Assembly (NCBI RefSeq): GCF_037042905.1 | Contig: NC_087245.1 | Location: 32,490,001 to 32,554,000, forward strand | Origin: Lytechinus pictus | Lineage: Eukaryota | DNA: 64,000 bases | Direction: 5' to 3' | Translations under genes and position numbers: made by a program | The notes under the pieces: model-generated | The model's input: the letters and a program-made list of their open reading frames with translations, nothing else | Database searches by the model: none | What the model was told of the DNA's origin: nothing | Part shown: piece by piece, positions 49,401 to 62,895 of the stretch | Layout: every line of letters begins with the position of its first letter | Numbering within the stretch: position 1 is the first letter of the stretch

Positions 49401-50200
49401 CAGTGCGTCCCAGAAAAAACGAAACCGAGATTTAGCGATGATTTATCATAACTTAATCATAAATAAAATAGACAAATGACCTACCAATGTAAAGCTTAGA
49501 ATCTCCTCTTTCATCTGATATTAGTGAGTGAGTGAGCAAAAACTATTTGAAGAAAGGATACCAAAAACTCATTTGGCGGGGGGTATCTGAATTTCAAAGA
49601 GAAAATCGCATGACTGAAAAGTTCAATATCTGCTCTTTTATTTGATACCTTAATCACAGAAAATGGTCGAGAAGTAAAAAAGTTATGATCCCTCGAAACA
49701 ATGCTTGTATTTCCATAATTTCATTAAATAAACGTATTTTCACTGGCTTCCCACAGAAGCTATCGCACGGTAACAAAAGACTTAATGCATGGCTGATCGT
49801 CAACGAAACGGAATGTCGAGAGAGTTTGAACGCTAGCCTGTAAAACCTCTTCATTTTATGAAATTATTGAAATTCAAGCCTTATTTCAAATAACCAGAAC
49901 TTTGTTATTTCTTGACCATTTTCTGTAATTGAGGTATCAAATTAAAGAGCAGATATTGAACTTTTTAGTCATGTGGTTTTCTTTTTAAAACCCAGATACG
50001 GCCCGCCAAATGAGTTTTTGGTATCCTTTCTTCAAATTGTTTTTGCTCACTCATGCGTGAATGAGGAATTATCTAAGTAATACCAGATGAAAGAGGAGAT
50101 TCTAAGCTTTAAAATGGTAGGTCATTTGTCTATTGTATTTGTGATTAAGTTATGATAAATCATCGATAAATCTCGGTTTCGTTTTTTGTGGGACGCACTG
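49401..50200. mobile_element. Tc1/mariner-type non-autonomous element with long TIRs
   Basis: TA|CAGTGCGTCCCAGAAAAAACGAAACCGAGATTT ... AAATCTCGGTTTCGTTTTTTGTGGGACGCACTG|TA; inverted arms extend over roughly 300 bp. Confidence 0.9.
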
Positions 50201-50959
50201 TATAGAGATACTCAGTGGTGTCAGGTGTCAGAATGCAGTGTGTGCCAGTGCGGCTATTATCAGCTTTTCATTGTTACCCTTTTGTAAATGTCATGCCAAG
50301 CACGACTGAATGAAAAAATATTTATGATACAGATCTGGCATTAAGGGTATTAGGTAGGTGTTATGCTTTTGGTAAAACCACAGGTTAGTGGGCAACTACA
50401 AGTTTTCTCTAAAATATGTTTCATATCTGTTTGATTGACTGAATGGTTTATGAAGATGCAGTGGTGGTTATTTTATAACTTATGTAATCGGGACTAATAA
50501 TAAATCTAAGACATTCTAAGTGGTATGAAAATATCATTCCAATTTTTCGTCTTAAAGCAGGCCTTGCAAAAAGAAAATCGTGTTCTTGTTACTCTATGTA
50601 CACTGCAGAGTTTTCGACGATGGAAATTTTGCTTCATTATTAAGTTATTTGTGACTCACATCTTTATGATGTCCATATTGTTCATTATGTGATCATACTA
50701 TCAATACACTGAGCATACTGCATGATTGTTTTTTTTTCAGCAGAAAAAAATTGCTGAACTTTCCCGGAAAATAACAACAGTGCAAATTACAGTATTTTGC
50801 AGGCATTCAGTTTGTGACTCCCTAGTTTCATTCAATACAAAAATTATAAATAGTGGGGCTATTGATTATGATGAAGACTAATGTACCAATCGGCAGAGGG
50901 ATGGACAAATATCCAGATTGGTTGTTTTACAAAATCATTATCCTTAATGTTACAACAGG

Positions 50960-52054
50960 TCACATTTAGTTTATCTTGCTGCAAGATATAGGAGATCAAG
51001 GTGATATCTACCTCATCATGAGCAAACACACCATCAGCAAGTGTCTCCATTGTCGTATGCTACCCTAGACCATGGACCTACTACTAGGTCCATGCCTAGT
51101 ATAGGCATACTCAACATGCTTGTCAGCCTCCGTTTGTTGTTCTTGCTCCTCATGATATCTCTCGTAGGCAGATTACTGGTGATGGAGAACTTATGGTCTA
51201 TGATAACTTCACCAGCTCTTAGCATTCTCTCATAATTCTTGACAGAAATGTCATTGTACACGTCGAAAAGAGCACTCTTCTTTCTTCCATCTGTATAGTG
51301 ACTCAAATGTCCTTGGGAAGGTGAGATGAGATCTAAGGAAGTGCCACCATGGGGAAATAATGGAAGTGTCGAGATGGAGAATATCACGGGAGAGGTCTTT
51401 GAGCATTGTTTAGATCAGGATGGTAAAGACAACGAGGAAGAGGATATCCCTGAATACCTTAAGGTCAAGTGGAAATCGAGTAAACTTCTCGAACTTGCTC
51501 GAACTTATTCGAGAGGAATACTACACACCACTGAAACATCTTATAATAGGCTGTTATATATTAGTCTGGGATGAGTGGTCATAAGCTCAAGCTTTCCAGA
51601 TGACATCTGGTAGCCATCTTGAATTAAACCTGAAGATGATCCTATATTGCAAAAGTCATAACATAAACGGATTCTACACACCCCAAAACCTCTAAAAAGA
51701 GGTATTGCTCATCATTCTGGGGCAAAGGGTTCAAAAGTCGATCTGGCGGCCATCTTGGATTTGACCTTAAGATGACCTTATATGGCAAAATTGATAATAG
51801 AAATGGATTCTTCACACCACACACCCCTAAAAAGAAGTATTCCTCATCATTTTCGTACAAGGGGCTCAAAAGTTAAGTTTTTAAGTTGGTATCTGGCGGC
51901 CAGTTTGGATTTATGCAAATTAGCAAAATTACCCAAAGTTGCCGTTTGGGCAACCAAGCTGAATTTGTTCTAGGACCCCATAGGAACATGAATCATGAAA
52001 GAAACTTCATAGGAAAGAACATTTCTAGGTTGGTGTACTGAGCCAATGGGACTG
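50960..52054 (-). mobile_element. Decayed DNA-transposon coding remnant (Academ/XPG-like nuclease suspected)
   Basis: Frameshifted minus-strand ORFs give FDVYNDISVKNYERMLRA...KNNKRRL...HDEVDITLISY, resembling the FD.Y...S.K..ER..R and HEEAD motifs of AcademX-type proteins; candidate terminus CAGTCCC at about 52054. Confidence 0.5.
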
Positions 52055-52745
52055 TCAAATCTACTATAACCAGGTAATTAGGGAGGAGGACCGACAGGGC
52101 TTTGACAAGACCCGGATGAAAAGCGTGAACCATCATCCTTCCTAAGATGACAACGTATAGCGCCATTTGTCAGCATGATCACAGATATTGGATGGTGACA
52201 CCATGGTAACTTGAAGCACTTTCAAGTATTCGACTAGTCTAGATGTGGACGTTAGTAGTTATTTTGTTTGAAAACCCCTACATCAGTCCTCTCTCTCTTT
52301 TCACCTTCTCCTTCGAGAAGGAGAAGGTGAAAAAAGAGGGGACTAGTACTGATTTAGAGGTTTTCCAAACAAATAACTACTAACGTCAAGATCGAGACTA
52401 GAGCGAACCTTGAAAAATAGACCCGTTTTTTCTGCACCATTCTGCTCCAACAGTGGACATTGAACCGAAGCAATCTGGACAAACAACATCAGGGTTGCAT
52501 GCGTTTTGTTTTTTACAGACCAGACATGTAACGGTACTGTCGCGAGACCGTACAATAAACTCTGCTCAAAAAGCTCATTTTTGTGCGGCGTTGAGGTCTT
52601 ACTGAAACTGACTAACTGAAACGGATCTCACTCAGATATATCGTATCAACGTCTTAACCCTCCGACAGACGTGAACCACAGATATTGCATTCAGTTTGTA
52701 TACTTTTCACATGCACCCGTTTGAAGGGTGTCATAGCAGCCAGTA

Positions 52746-55700
52746 ATGGCATCTTCAGATGAGAAAAGTTTGGACCCATGGCGATACGTCATAATTGTTT
52801 CCAAGTTCATGGTTTATTTTCTGCATATTGGACTAGTCAAATCTCTGTCTGTACTCATTCCCTATCTCGTCATCCAACTGGACGTGGACACCGCAACGGT
52901 TGGCGTCCTTGTTACCATGGAAATCGGAATATATTTTATGGCTTGTAAGTATTTCCCTGCGTTCATGAATTTGTTTTTATGTTTAAAGGTAGTTAGGTAT
53001 ATTGCATGATTCAAAATCACTGCTACACCTTTTCTGTTTACCATTGGGAGAGCAAATGAATTCATTAATTTTGCTGATCAAATGTATCCGCGAAATACAC
53101 GATTAGCTAATATTATTTAAACTTATAACTTTAAGAATTATTTTCCCTCTCTCCTTTTAATCATACCAGAAGTGCTTAGCTAAAGGTTGAAATATATATA
53201 TACAGCTGTGCATTATCTTTGTTTATTGGTCTTCGCATCTTCATGCTCATGAAATACTAGGATTAATAATCAGGCTAAAATACTCTTTAAAGAATCGGTA
53301 TTTAACAACATGCATTCCCATTTCTTTGCCAAATGGGGTCAATCAGGAAAAATCTACTCTACTCATGTTTTTCATCAAATTTGGATCTCAAATTCTGGGT
53401 TTCGCTAAGAGTCTGCGAAAACTAAAAAAACACCAACAACAATAAGGGCCACTCAATTGCGATAAAGCTCGGAGAGAACCCTAGGTGACTTGGGGCACTT
53501 GCCCCCGTCCCCAAAAAATATAGAGAGAAAAGTCCACGTCTAACAAAAAAAAAACGATTAAGGGTAAACAGCAGAACAGGGAATGGAAAATGGTTAATGT
53601 GATGTTATTTTCGGAGGCTCGCTCGCCACTTTTTCAAGGGAATTTTAAACCCATACATATCCCATGTTCTGCCCTATCATTTTTTTTCTGGCAACTGCAA
53701 AGGTCATATGCCTATCTTCATATTGAAAAAAATCCAGATTACCAATTAATTTTAGCATGTTTAGAAAGACCAGTAGCATTACAAAATAGATCTATATACA
53801 CAGCTTTCTAATTTTTAGAAATAAAGTATTAGTATCATTGATTAAATGTTTATCGAAAAGTAATTAGTTCGCACTAACAGGCGCATCTACTACTTCTAAA
53901 CATATGCTAAAGAGAGGCATGACGCATGACCTCTCGAAATGTTGAGGTCGTGATATTTTCACTATTGTTTTCTCTAGCCGGCTGGCTCTTCCGGTCTGTT
54001 AACCATTTTCAACAATTGTTTTTGTATATAGGTCCACTTGGTCATTTTCTGAACCATAAGTTTGGCTCTCGTCAGGTGACAACAATAGGAGGCATCTTAG
54101 CTGCAATTTCGTTCATGGCAGGAACATTCTGCAAGACAGCGCCCTCTCTTGGGTGCCTTTTATTTTTCACAGGTGATTATACATCGTTTGCTAAAAAAAA
54201 AAGAGATACACATTTAGACTTGCAACTTAAACATATTTTGTTTTATATGTTTTTATTATAAGTTTTCTTTAAATTAGTTTTTAATATAAGTTTTATTTTA
54301 CATGGAACCACCACGTAGAACATTAGAAGGGCGCACTAGTGTTAATTTTCACCAGAGCTGCCAGAACGTAGGGGGTGGGGATTCAATCTGACAATAAACT
54401 GGTCTTCATTAAAGCAGAAAGAGAAGAAAAAATATTAGTGAAGATGTGACGACAATTCGTCAAAGAACAAGGATGTTATTTTTTCTTCAGTTTTTTATAT
54501 TGTGACGTCACAGATAAGCAGCTCCTCCATATGTCGGATGATAGATTCCACAAGATCCATTTTCTGAAAATATGAAATGAGTTTATTAGTGAGGTGGATA
54601 AATCATCACACACATCATAATTGCACACCGCCTTCTACATGTTCTACATGACAAATATTATATTTATCATGTTTATTTAAACAAAATGAATTTATGGGAT
54701 TGATATTACATGATATATAGGGAACTGCTCGCATGTTATGACGGCAAAAATTGGAGAAAACAAAATTAATGACTTTTATTTTTAGATGGATTTTCAATAA
54801 ACCTTCGTCAATATGTTTGTTAATCATTTGTTAATGATTCTATTCCATCCAACACTTTGTCAGGGTGCACTTTTCCTTTAAACTGCATCTTAAAGGGGCT
54901 TAAAAAATTTTTTTTTCAATTTGTTTCCCCTCCACAGGGATTTTATTATTATTCAAAAACATAACAAGATATCTTTTCAATGACAAATCAAATTAATAAC
55001 AACGAAATACAATACAACAGTAATTGTAACAAATATATAAATTGAACTGTCAGGTTTACATAATAGTAAACAATTTAAGGAACAATGGCGAAAATGGCGA
55101 AAATGGCGAAAATATTCTTGCTGCTGAATGCAAGTCAGAATATGAAATTAACAAGGACAACGCTTAAAACATAACTTTATACAACAGTACTCATGCAGAA
55201 CCTCTTCATGTAATTTGAGGAACATTTGAAAGTTCCCAATATGTGTAAAGGAAACTTTGAATTGTTTAATTTCAAAGCTCTATTGATTTTTTAAAGCTCT
55301 ATCCTTTCCATTTTTAAATCTTTATCCATTCAGTTCTTTAAAGCTCTGTCCATTTCATTCTTCGAATAGTAGAGAGGACAAGCCGAACAATCATAATAAG
55401 AGACAGTTTGTCTTCCTGTCACTGATACATATTTTCTGGCCATTTCAGTCAGTAGTACACTCTGATTAAGGTTTGGTCAAAATAACCAATGCGTTGGTGA
55501 CCGAAACAAAAGTGGTCAAATTTACCAATTTATTTGTTGGATTCTACCAATAGAAAGGTTGAAATCGAACATTTTATAATCGGAAAACATACATTACCCA
55601 ACAGATTGATTAAATTTGACCAATCCTCTTTAAGAGTGTCCGTTTAGAATGATAAGCACTATAAAACTGTGAGCAAGCATTTTTTTTTTTAGTGAAAGAT

Positions 55701-58410
55701 ATCCTGTGATTTTTCAGTTCAATTTTCTCTGGACATCGTTGATAGAGTCAAAGCTACAGCAACACGTGAATGTTATGTTTATCTTCTTTTCCATAATATT
55801 CAACCATAGGTCTCCTTGTTTATCATCTTTTCCATAACTGATATCTTCAACCATATAGGTCTCTTCGTTTATCTTCTTTTCCATAACTGATATTTTCAAC
55901 CATAGGTCTCTTCGTTTATCTTTTTTTCCATAACTGATATCTTCCACCATATATAGGTCTCTTCATTTATCTTCTTTTCCATAACTGATATCTTCCACCA
56001 TAGGTCTCTTCGTTTAACTTCTTTTCCATAACTGATATCTTCAACCATATATAGGTCTCTTCGTTTATCTTCTTTTACATAACTGATATCTTCAACCACA
56101 GGTCTCTTCGCTTCCCCGTTGAATCAAGGATCGAGTGAAGTGCTTCACCAACATTACAGAGACAATTTCGGATTAGCTTCGGCAATCACGATGATGGGTA
56201 GTCAAATCGGGAGTTTCGTAATGCCCTACCTGACCTTGATAAGTATGGATGCCTATGGGCCAAGAGGGAGCTTCTTGATCCTTAGCGCCATGATGTTTCA
56301 TTGGGTACCAATAGGAGCCACGCTGCGTTCATATCCGAAAGGCCAATCTGAAAGTGGAACATCCTTGTCTAAACTGTCTACAGGGAACGATAGTGATGAC
56401 GCTGGGTGTGAACGTGAGCCACTTCGAACTAGAAACGATGATCAGGTCTGTCAGCTTCAGAGCAAAGAAATAACAGCCACAGCGAGTAGCCCCCGCGATT
56501 TACAGTCTGATCCAAACACTGGACAGATGGAGAAAAGCCAAAATCTTCGAGAAGGAATGTTCAGCATGATCCGAAACACCATGCTTGATGCCGTAGATTT
56601 TGTTAAAAAGGAACGCGTTTTTGCATGCCTTCTGCTTCCCAGCCAGGTCTTTTTCGACATGTCTTACATCGGTTGGTCAGTGTTTTTGTTCTCCTACGGA
56701 ATAGCCGAAGGATTACGTAAAGACACAGCCGTGTTCTTAGTCATGATCGCTTCCGTTGGCGGCATCGTCGGAAGACTCTTCCTCGTAGTATTCCTGTATA
56801 AGTACCCATTGTTAACGATACCATTGCTGCCAACAAGCCTCTTGATATCATCCATATCGCTCCTGGCGTACCCTATTAATTCCTCTCCGACCTATCTATG
56901 CATCTGCTCTTTTGTCGCCGGGATTGGTTTCTACAATACGTATTCAACATTCGACGGAGTTATTTCTTTGAAGGTCCGGAAAAATAATTTCCCAAAGGCC
57001 ATTGCTTGCTCCCTGATGGTATCCGGGGCCTCTTTTCTTGCTTCTGGAGTACTAACAGGTAAATATATACACACTTAATATTGAGGGAAAAAGCTGAGAT
57101 AGAAATAACCTTTTCAAAATTGAAGAGGATTTCCCATCATTGAGAGCCCTGTGTAAGATGGGTAACTCTGGCTTTTTTTTTCATATCTAACTCTATCTAT
57201 TTCATGGATTTATTTTCTTCAAGTAAACAGATTCAGCAAATATATTGGCTCAGTGTGTGTGTAGGGGGGGGGAGGGTGGGAGGTGCTGTGGCCAAGACGC
57301 CTGACTGCACATGGAAGGTCCGGGGTTCGTTCCCCGGCCGCGGCACCTTTGCCCGTGAGCAATGCATTTTTTTTTTATGTTCTTTTATCCTGCATTCAAA
57401 TAAATGGAAATGCTATACGCATAATTGGTATTACTAGGTGTGCACTTGTTTAAAGAAAAAAGAAAGGAGGTGTAGGGTGTGTTGGATGGGTATGAATATT
57501 TGTGGGGGCACGGGTCCAGAGATGTTAATGTATCATTACGTAGTCATGGTAGTGACACAACTCAGTGGTCTGATTATATGGAAACACCTATAGTATAGTA
57601 TTTATTTTCCGTTTAAAAAAAGCAAAACGAATGGATAGCCCATATTCAGTTTAGTCGACATGACAATACTGTTCTTCCATGGGGTCCATATACAATAAAA
57701 AGTAAACAAATATGAAAGAAGAATAACATAAACGTTAATCAAACAAAATAATAAAAGTGGTAAAATGTATCATGTTACTAACAGGAAAAGATAATAAAAT
57801 TCAATAGTTTGGCAAGAGTTTACACGAAATATTTCATAAAATGAATGAATTGAATGAATTAGACCACCATGATAACTCTTACAAAATCAATCACGCTTAG
57901 ATTAATTCTGTAAGTCCTGAAATATTGTAACAGCAGTGGTTTTCGACCAATTTCTAAATTGATCATGCAGAAACACGCACATTAGACATGTTCCATACTT
58001 TATGATATTTTTATTCCTGAGAACAAAAAAGGGTAATATAAAAAAAACGAATAAAATGAATGTTACATAATTATTTTACATACATTCTTTTACATATTTT
58101 TTTTCTTCAAAACGTACAATTTAGCATATTTTATGACTGAAAGAGCATGCATATACACCCCTTCATTTCTCATGGAATTTTCACATGGTCTGGAGTCGGT
58201 TGCCCGGCGTTACTTTACCACGCTCGTGGTAATAATTATTTTCCTCTCTTCTTTTCTTTTTATTTTCCACCAGGTTTCCTTCATGATTTGCTTGGTTCAT
58301 ACAGGGCAGTCTTCCGTATACTGGGGTGCCTCGTTGGGATCATCGGTGTAACAATTACGATTCATATCTGCGTGGAGGCGAGGATAAAACGGACGAACAG
58401 GGGCCTATAA
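52746..58410 (+). CDS. MFS transporter, SLC16/monocarboxylate transporter-like, 477 aa; join(52746..52944,54032..54172,56102..57058,58274..58410)
   Basis: In-frame splice (1434 nt, three phase-1 introns). About 12 hydrophobic segments with a long hydrophilic central loop; motifs 'KFGSRQVTTIGG', 'YGPRGSFLILSA', 'GGIVGRL' and 'GFLHDLLGSYRAVF' are typical of SLC16-like MFS proteins. Orthology cannot be assigned by eye. Confidence 0.9.
55777..56110 (+). repeat. Minisatellite, 7 copies of 47-51 bp, overlapping the exon-3 splice acceptor of the SLC16-like gene
   Basis: Unit GTTTATCTTCTTTTCCATAACTGATATCTTCAACCA(TA)nG|GTCTCTTC; AG dinucleotides start at 55808, 55857, 55904, 55955, 56002, 56053 and 56100. 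Confidence 0.9.
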
Positions 58411-60018
58411 GTACTTTTCTTCAAGCGGGTCGTTAATAACTTAATATTCCCTTATTACATAATAAGTCTATTGCTGTTTTGTTTGCTCTGAAATACACTT
58501 GACACGTGACAGGAAAGTTTGCCACCTCCCTAATAAATCGAAATACCCACGTGAATCGATATTTCAGACTTGTGTGTAATGATAAAGGTGTGCGTAATCT
58601 TTGTTCATAACTTACAGGAAATATCTTTGGCATACAGATGGGAGTGGCTTGGGACCAACAAATATAAGGGGAAAGGAGAAAAGGAAACGGAAAAGGGTGA
58701 AATGTAATATAATTTTCTAAAAGGATGTCAAAAACTGTAACAGAATTAAATGTTTGTATTAGAAAGGGTCAGAATTTTTGCTTACTCGCATTTTGTTCCT
58801 ACGCAATGGTTCCCCCTCAAAATATTTTTTTATCATTACGCTACTGAAATACATGGTACAGTTTGTCTTTTCTCAAAATATATTTTAAAAAGTTTGTCAT
58901 AAAAGACACACACACACAAATTTTTTTTTTGTTATTCACTACCTTCGCTAGCTTGCATATGTGCATAAGTCCACATTTGCGTTGGCCATGTTGGAACTTG
59001 CCTTCCCCAAAAAACTTCCAAGGATAGGATGAAAATAAATAAAAAGGAGACAAGAAACACACAAATGATTATATGTTATTATTCTCTAAATAGTCTCCGG
59101 ACTATGAACCACAAAGCCCCACCACAGCACTTGCGTCCTTTGGCAAGGCGATTTTCTATATTTGCCACTCTCCACCCGGGTGTGGTAAATACGTACCCGG
59201 TAGGACAAATGTAGGAAGAAATTACTTGAATCGAGTGTCCGATCAGGGTATAGCCATGCTAAAGCCGGGTTGATAGTATGCAGCGCTTGGAAACATTGTG
59301 TTAAGCGCTGTACGAATGTTGCATATTATTATCATCATCATTGTTATTGTTATTATTATTACTATTATATTATTATTTTTTCTATTGTTATGATTATTCA
59401 TGTACTGCACTTTTCCAAAAATTTCCCAAGGTGCTTACAACAAGACAAAGAATACAACAAAGTCTAAAATGATATTTGCAATCCTAAAACTCTGGATTGG
59501 AAAAAAGAAACGTCTGAATAAGTCCCTTTTAAGTAAAGAGGAAGATGGTGATTGTCTGAGTAAATGAGGTAAATTATTTCAATATTTTTAAATAAATATT
59601 AGGCCACAATCTATCACAAACTTCGACTTTTCTTTTACAAAGGTCCAAGTTTTCGCTTTAAAATGTTGCTCCACAAATATTTTTGTGGAGCAACATTTAA
59701 ATGTGTACACTGTAATATTTACCCTATGAAATATCTGTTTATGTTCATCCTATATTTTTTATTTTGCAACTCGATATATATATATGAAATCTCGCAATAA
59801 AAAGTAAAATAAGATACACGTCTGACTTGTAATCAATCTCAAATTCTGCCATGATTCAGATATTCAATTGTGAAGTCGGGGGATAAAATATTACATCAAA
59901 TGAAGTTTGTTTCTCTGGGATCATTGTAGTGTTGTTTCTACATTCAACACTCAGCATCAAAGCGTGCATTTTATGGTGGGTAAGTGGGGTTCACTATTTT
60001 TTTTTGCACAACTGTATG

Positions 60019-60020
<2 letters not shown>

Positions 60021-60096
<76 letters not shown>
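60021..60096. repeat. (TA)n microsatellite
   Basis: Long TA run; other TA runs at about 32898-32931, 47938-47978 and 48189-48232. Confidence 0.9.
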
Positions 60097-60099
<3 letters not shown>

Positions 60100-60638
60100 C
60101 ATCATAGGAAGATTTTGAATCATATAAATACCAACTGTTTGGTGCGAACATATTCTTCATTCAATGAATTGTCTACGCCATTGTCTTAATCTTGCATTAA
60201 CATTGGTTTATATCTACTTTCAGGCAGTTAGATTAAAAGGAAATACCAACTTATCAGTCCAATAATAAACAAGCATGAAATACTGAAGACACGGGGATAT
60301 AAACTATAGCATATACCAATTCAGGTCATGGTTAAAATTATGATTGCTTGAAGGTTTGCATCGCGGAAGTGGTGTATGGTACACCAGTCTTCTCTCCTGC
60401 TCCTGCTATACAATTCAATTCCTCGACTCAGGCCAGCCTTCTCTCATCTACCCAAGCCTCTCGCCCTCCCCACTACTCAGCTTTCCACTCCTTCTGGCTT
60501 AAAGTCCTTTTCAGGACTGCACTCAGAGATAGTGAAAAGGTCAAATCAGCATGGACTCGCGATGGTCGAATTGTTGCATTGATTCTAACATCGAACAACC
60601 GTGAAATAACAAAGATCATCTCATGTGCTAAAGACCAG

Positions 60639-60809
60639 GGGGGTGTTTCATAAAGCTGTTCGTAAGTTAAGAGCGACTTTAAGAACGACTGGTGATCCTT
60701 TCTTGTGGTAAATGGTATATTCATTGGCGACGGTTTAGTGCATAAGAAAGGATCACCAGTCGTTCTTAAAGTCGCTCTTATCTTACGAACAGCTTTATGA
60801 AACACCCGT
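60639..60809. mobile_element. Palindromic MITE (Harbinger-like)
   Basis: GGGTGTTTCATAAAGCTGTTCGTAAG.TAAGAGCGACTTTAAGAACGACTGGTGATCCTTTCTT ... near-exact reverse complement ending ...TTTATGAAACACCC. Confidence 0.8.
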
Positions 60810-61163
60810 CACTATTTGATTTGAATATCTCAGAGATATGATGGGACTACAGAGGACATTATTTATCTTACCTGGCTCAAGTGTTTCTTTCGTCCCGTAT
60901 TGCATTATATAATCTGTTTTCCATTTTCCATTTTCTTTTTTAAATGTATATGTGATACTTAATTGGGCTGGTCGTGTGTTGTTTGGATGTGTGAGAGTGT
61001 ATTCGTTTGTACTGATGGATGATTATTGTAAGCACTGCAATTCTCATAGATCTACTCCTACTCAATTTCTATGTACACAATGTATATCAGATATATTCCC
61101 TTTCAATCATTTTATTGACGATTACGAATACTATTGGTCATTATATAATTTATTTTGCCTTAA

Positions 61164-61546
61164 AGGTATTGTTTAACTTTGTGAGCAGCCGATTTAAAAA
61201 AATTCTCAAACCAGGATGAAACATGTGTACAAGTGCATGTATTATAACTAATAAACCCTGAAAACAACCATTATTGCGAATGAAAAGCTAAAACTACGAG
61301 GCAAACCCCGAGTTTGTAAATAGGCGTCTTATAGACGCCTAAATAGTACACATAAGTGTATGGGATGAAATTAAGATGGTGTTTTCGGTCACTTTATATT
61401 TCAATTTTTGAAGCACTAAATAATTATTTTCGAACGCAATTTTTTCTGGGCTTCATTTTTGTAACATATCACAGACACAGGTGACAAGTGTGACCTTCTA
61501 TATAGCTCAGATTTTTTTAAAGTCAAACCAATGTTAACCAATCACT
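61164..61546. mobile_element. Kolobok-like non-autonomous element inserted in the LINE
   Basis: TTAA|AGGTATTGTTTAAC ... GTTAACCAATCACT|TTAA (imperfect TIR, TTAA TSD). Confidence 0.65.
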
Positions 61547-62749
61547 TTAATCATAGCATTGACACCGAGAGAATTAAAAATATGAAATAAATCCATTTAA
61601 TATGAACAATACTCAGCAAAATAATTTTCTCAATGACATTGTTGTATATGATGACTTTCAGTGCATATCTCAAGGTGAAAGTAATTATATTTTTCCAGAA
61701 GAATTTCATGAAAGATTTACTAATTACAAGGATTATTTTTCAATGATTCATTTAAATATGAGAAGTTTATGTAGAAATTTTGATAACTTTCAGATCTTTT
61801 TGTCATCTTTAAGGTATAATTTTGATATCATCGGTGTGACGGAAACATGGTTTACTCCCAAAACTCATCACAGTATGTATGATGTAAACAATTATTCTTT
61901 AGCTCAAATTTCAAGACAGGAACGAAATGGTGGAGGTGTTGCTATTTATATAAACAATTGTATTGATTATGTGATTCGAAATTACTTATCTTTATGCTTA
62001 CTGATGATATTGAAGTACTTTTTATAGAACTCAAAGGATCCCTTACAAACTCTGTAATAGGTTGTGTGTATAGACCCCCTAATACCAATTTATCATCCTT
62101 TAATGACAAACTTAATTTATGTTTAGAATCATTGGGTAAGGAAAAGAAAAACATTTATATGATGGGTGATTATAATGTTGACTTATTACCATAAACACTC
62201 CAAAACAAATGATTTTTTAGAAACAATGTTCTCTCATAACTTGTTTCCTGTCATAAGTAAACATACACGAGTTACATCAAGTTCGTGTACACTTATTGAT
62301 AATATTTTTATTAATACTTTTCATGAAAATGTTGAAACTGGTTTGCTATACACAGATATTTCTGATCATTTTCCTATATATTGTCTAATTAATGTAAAAA
62401 ATAAAAGTAAATTTCTGGTTTTTATACCTGTTAGTAGGGTAGATGTGTGATACAATTTATGTTTTTGGTTTTAAAGTATAGATGAAAAGTAAAATTTGAC
62501 AGTTCTGATCAATGTTGCATGGATCTACTAAAACTGTGTCTTTTTTCTAATTTACAAATAGTTCAGTTTCAGTTTAGAAGCTGGAGTTTATTTTTTGTTG
62601 ACAGATAAAAAAAAATTAAAAAGAGAATGATTAAACAAATTATGAAGAAAATTGAAATCCGACATATATGAACAGGCATTGCTTGCAGTGACCAGAATAT
62701 TGCTTGCAGTGACCAGAATATAAATCAATAAAACTGCATGGCTGCATGA

Positions 62750-62895
62750 GACCGGTAGGAAGTAATTCCTTAAAAAGCTGTGTGCGCTATGAACGCCTAG
62801 CTTAGCCGGGTAATATAGGAGCGCCTTGAGCACCTAACAAGGTGGATATGTGCGCAATATAAATACCCTATATTATATTATTATATTATTATTAT
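62750..62895 (+). mobile_element. SINE 3' half
   Basis: CCGGTAGGAAGTAATTCCT.AAAAGCTGTG...CTAGCTTAGCCGGGTAATATAGGAGCGCCTTGAGCACCTA matches 10020-10145. Confidence 0.75.

Larger units (their letters stand above)
60505..62410 (+). mobile_element. Decayed LINE 5' part (ORF1 C-terminus plus APE endonuclease of ORF2), interrupted by two DNA elements
   Basis: ORF1-like KSAWTRDGRI; C..C.SDIFPFNH; endonuclease motifs HLNMRSL, DIIGVTETW, GGGVAIY, VYRPP, MGDYN, TRVT..TLIDNIF, SDHFPI spread over three frames. Confidence 0.85.

Noticed and set aside
55714..56099. Minus-strand repetitive ORFs (MVEDISYG...)
   Set aside because: Antisense translation of the minisatellite.
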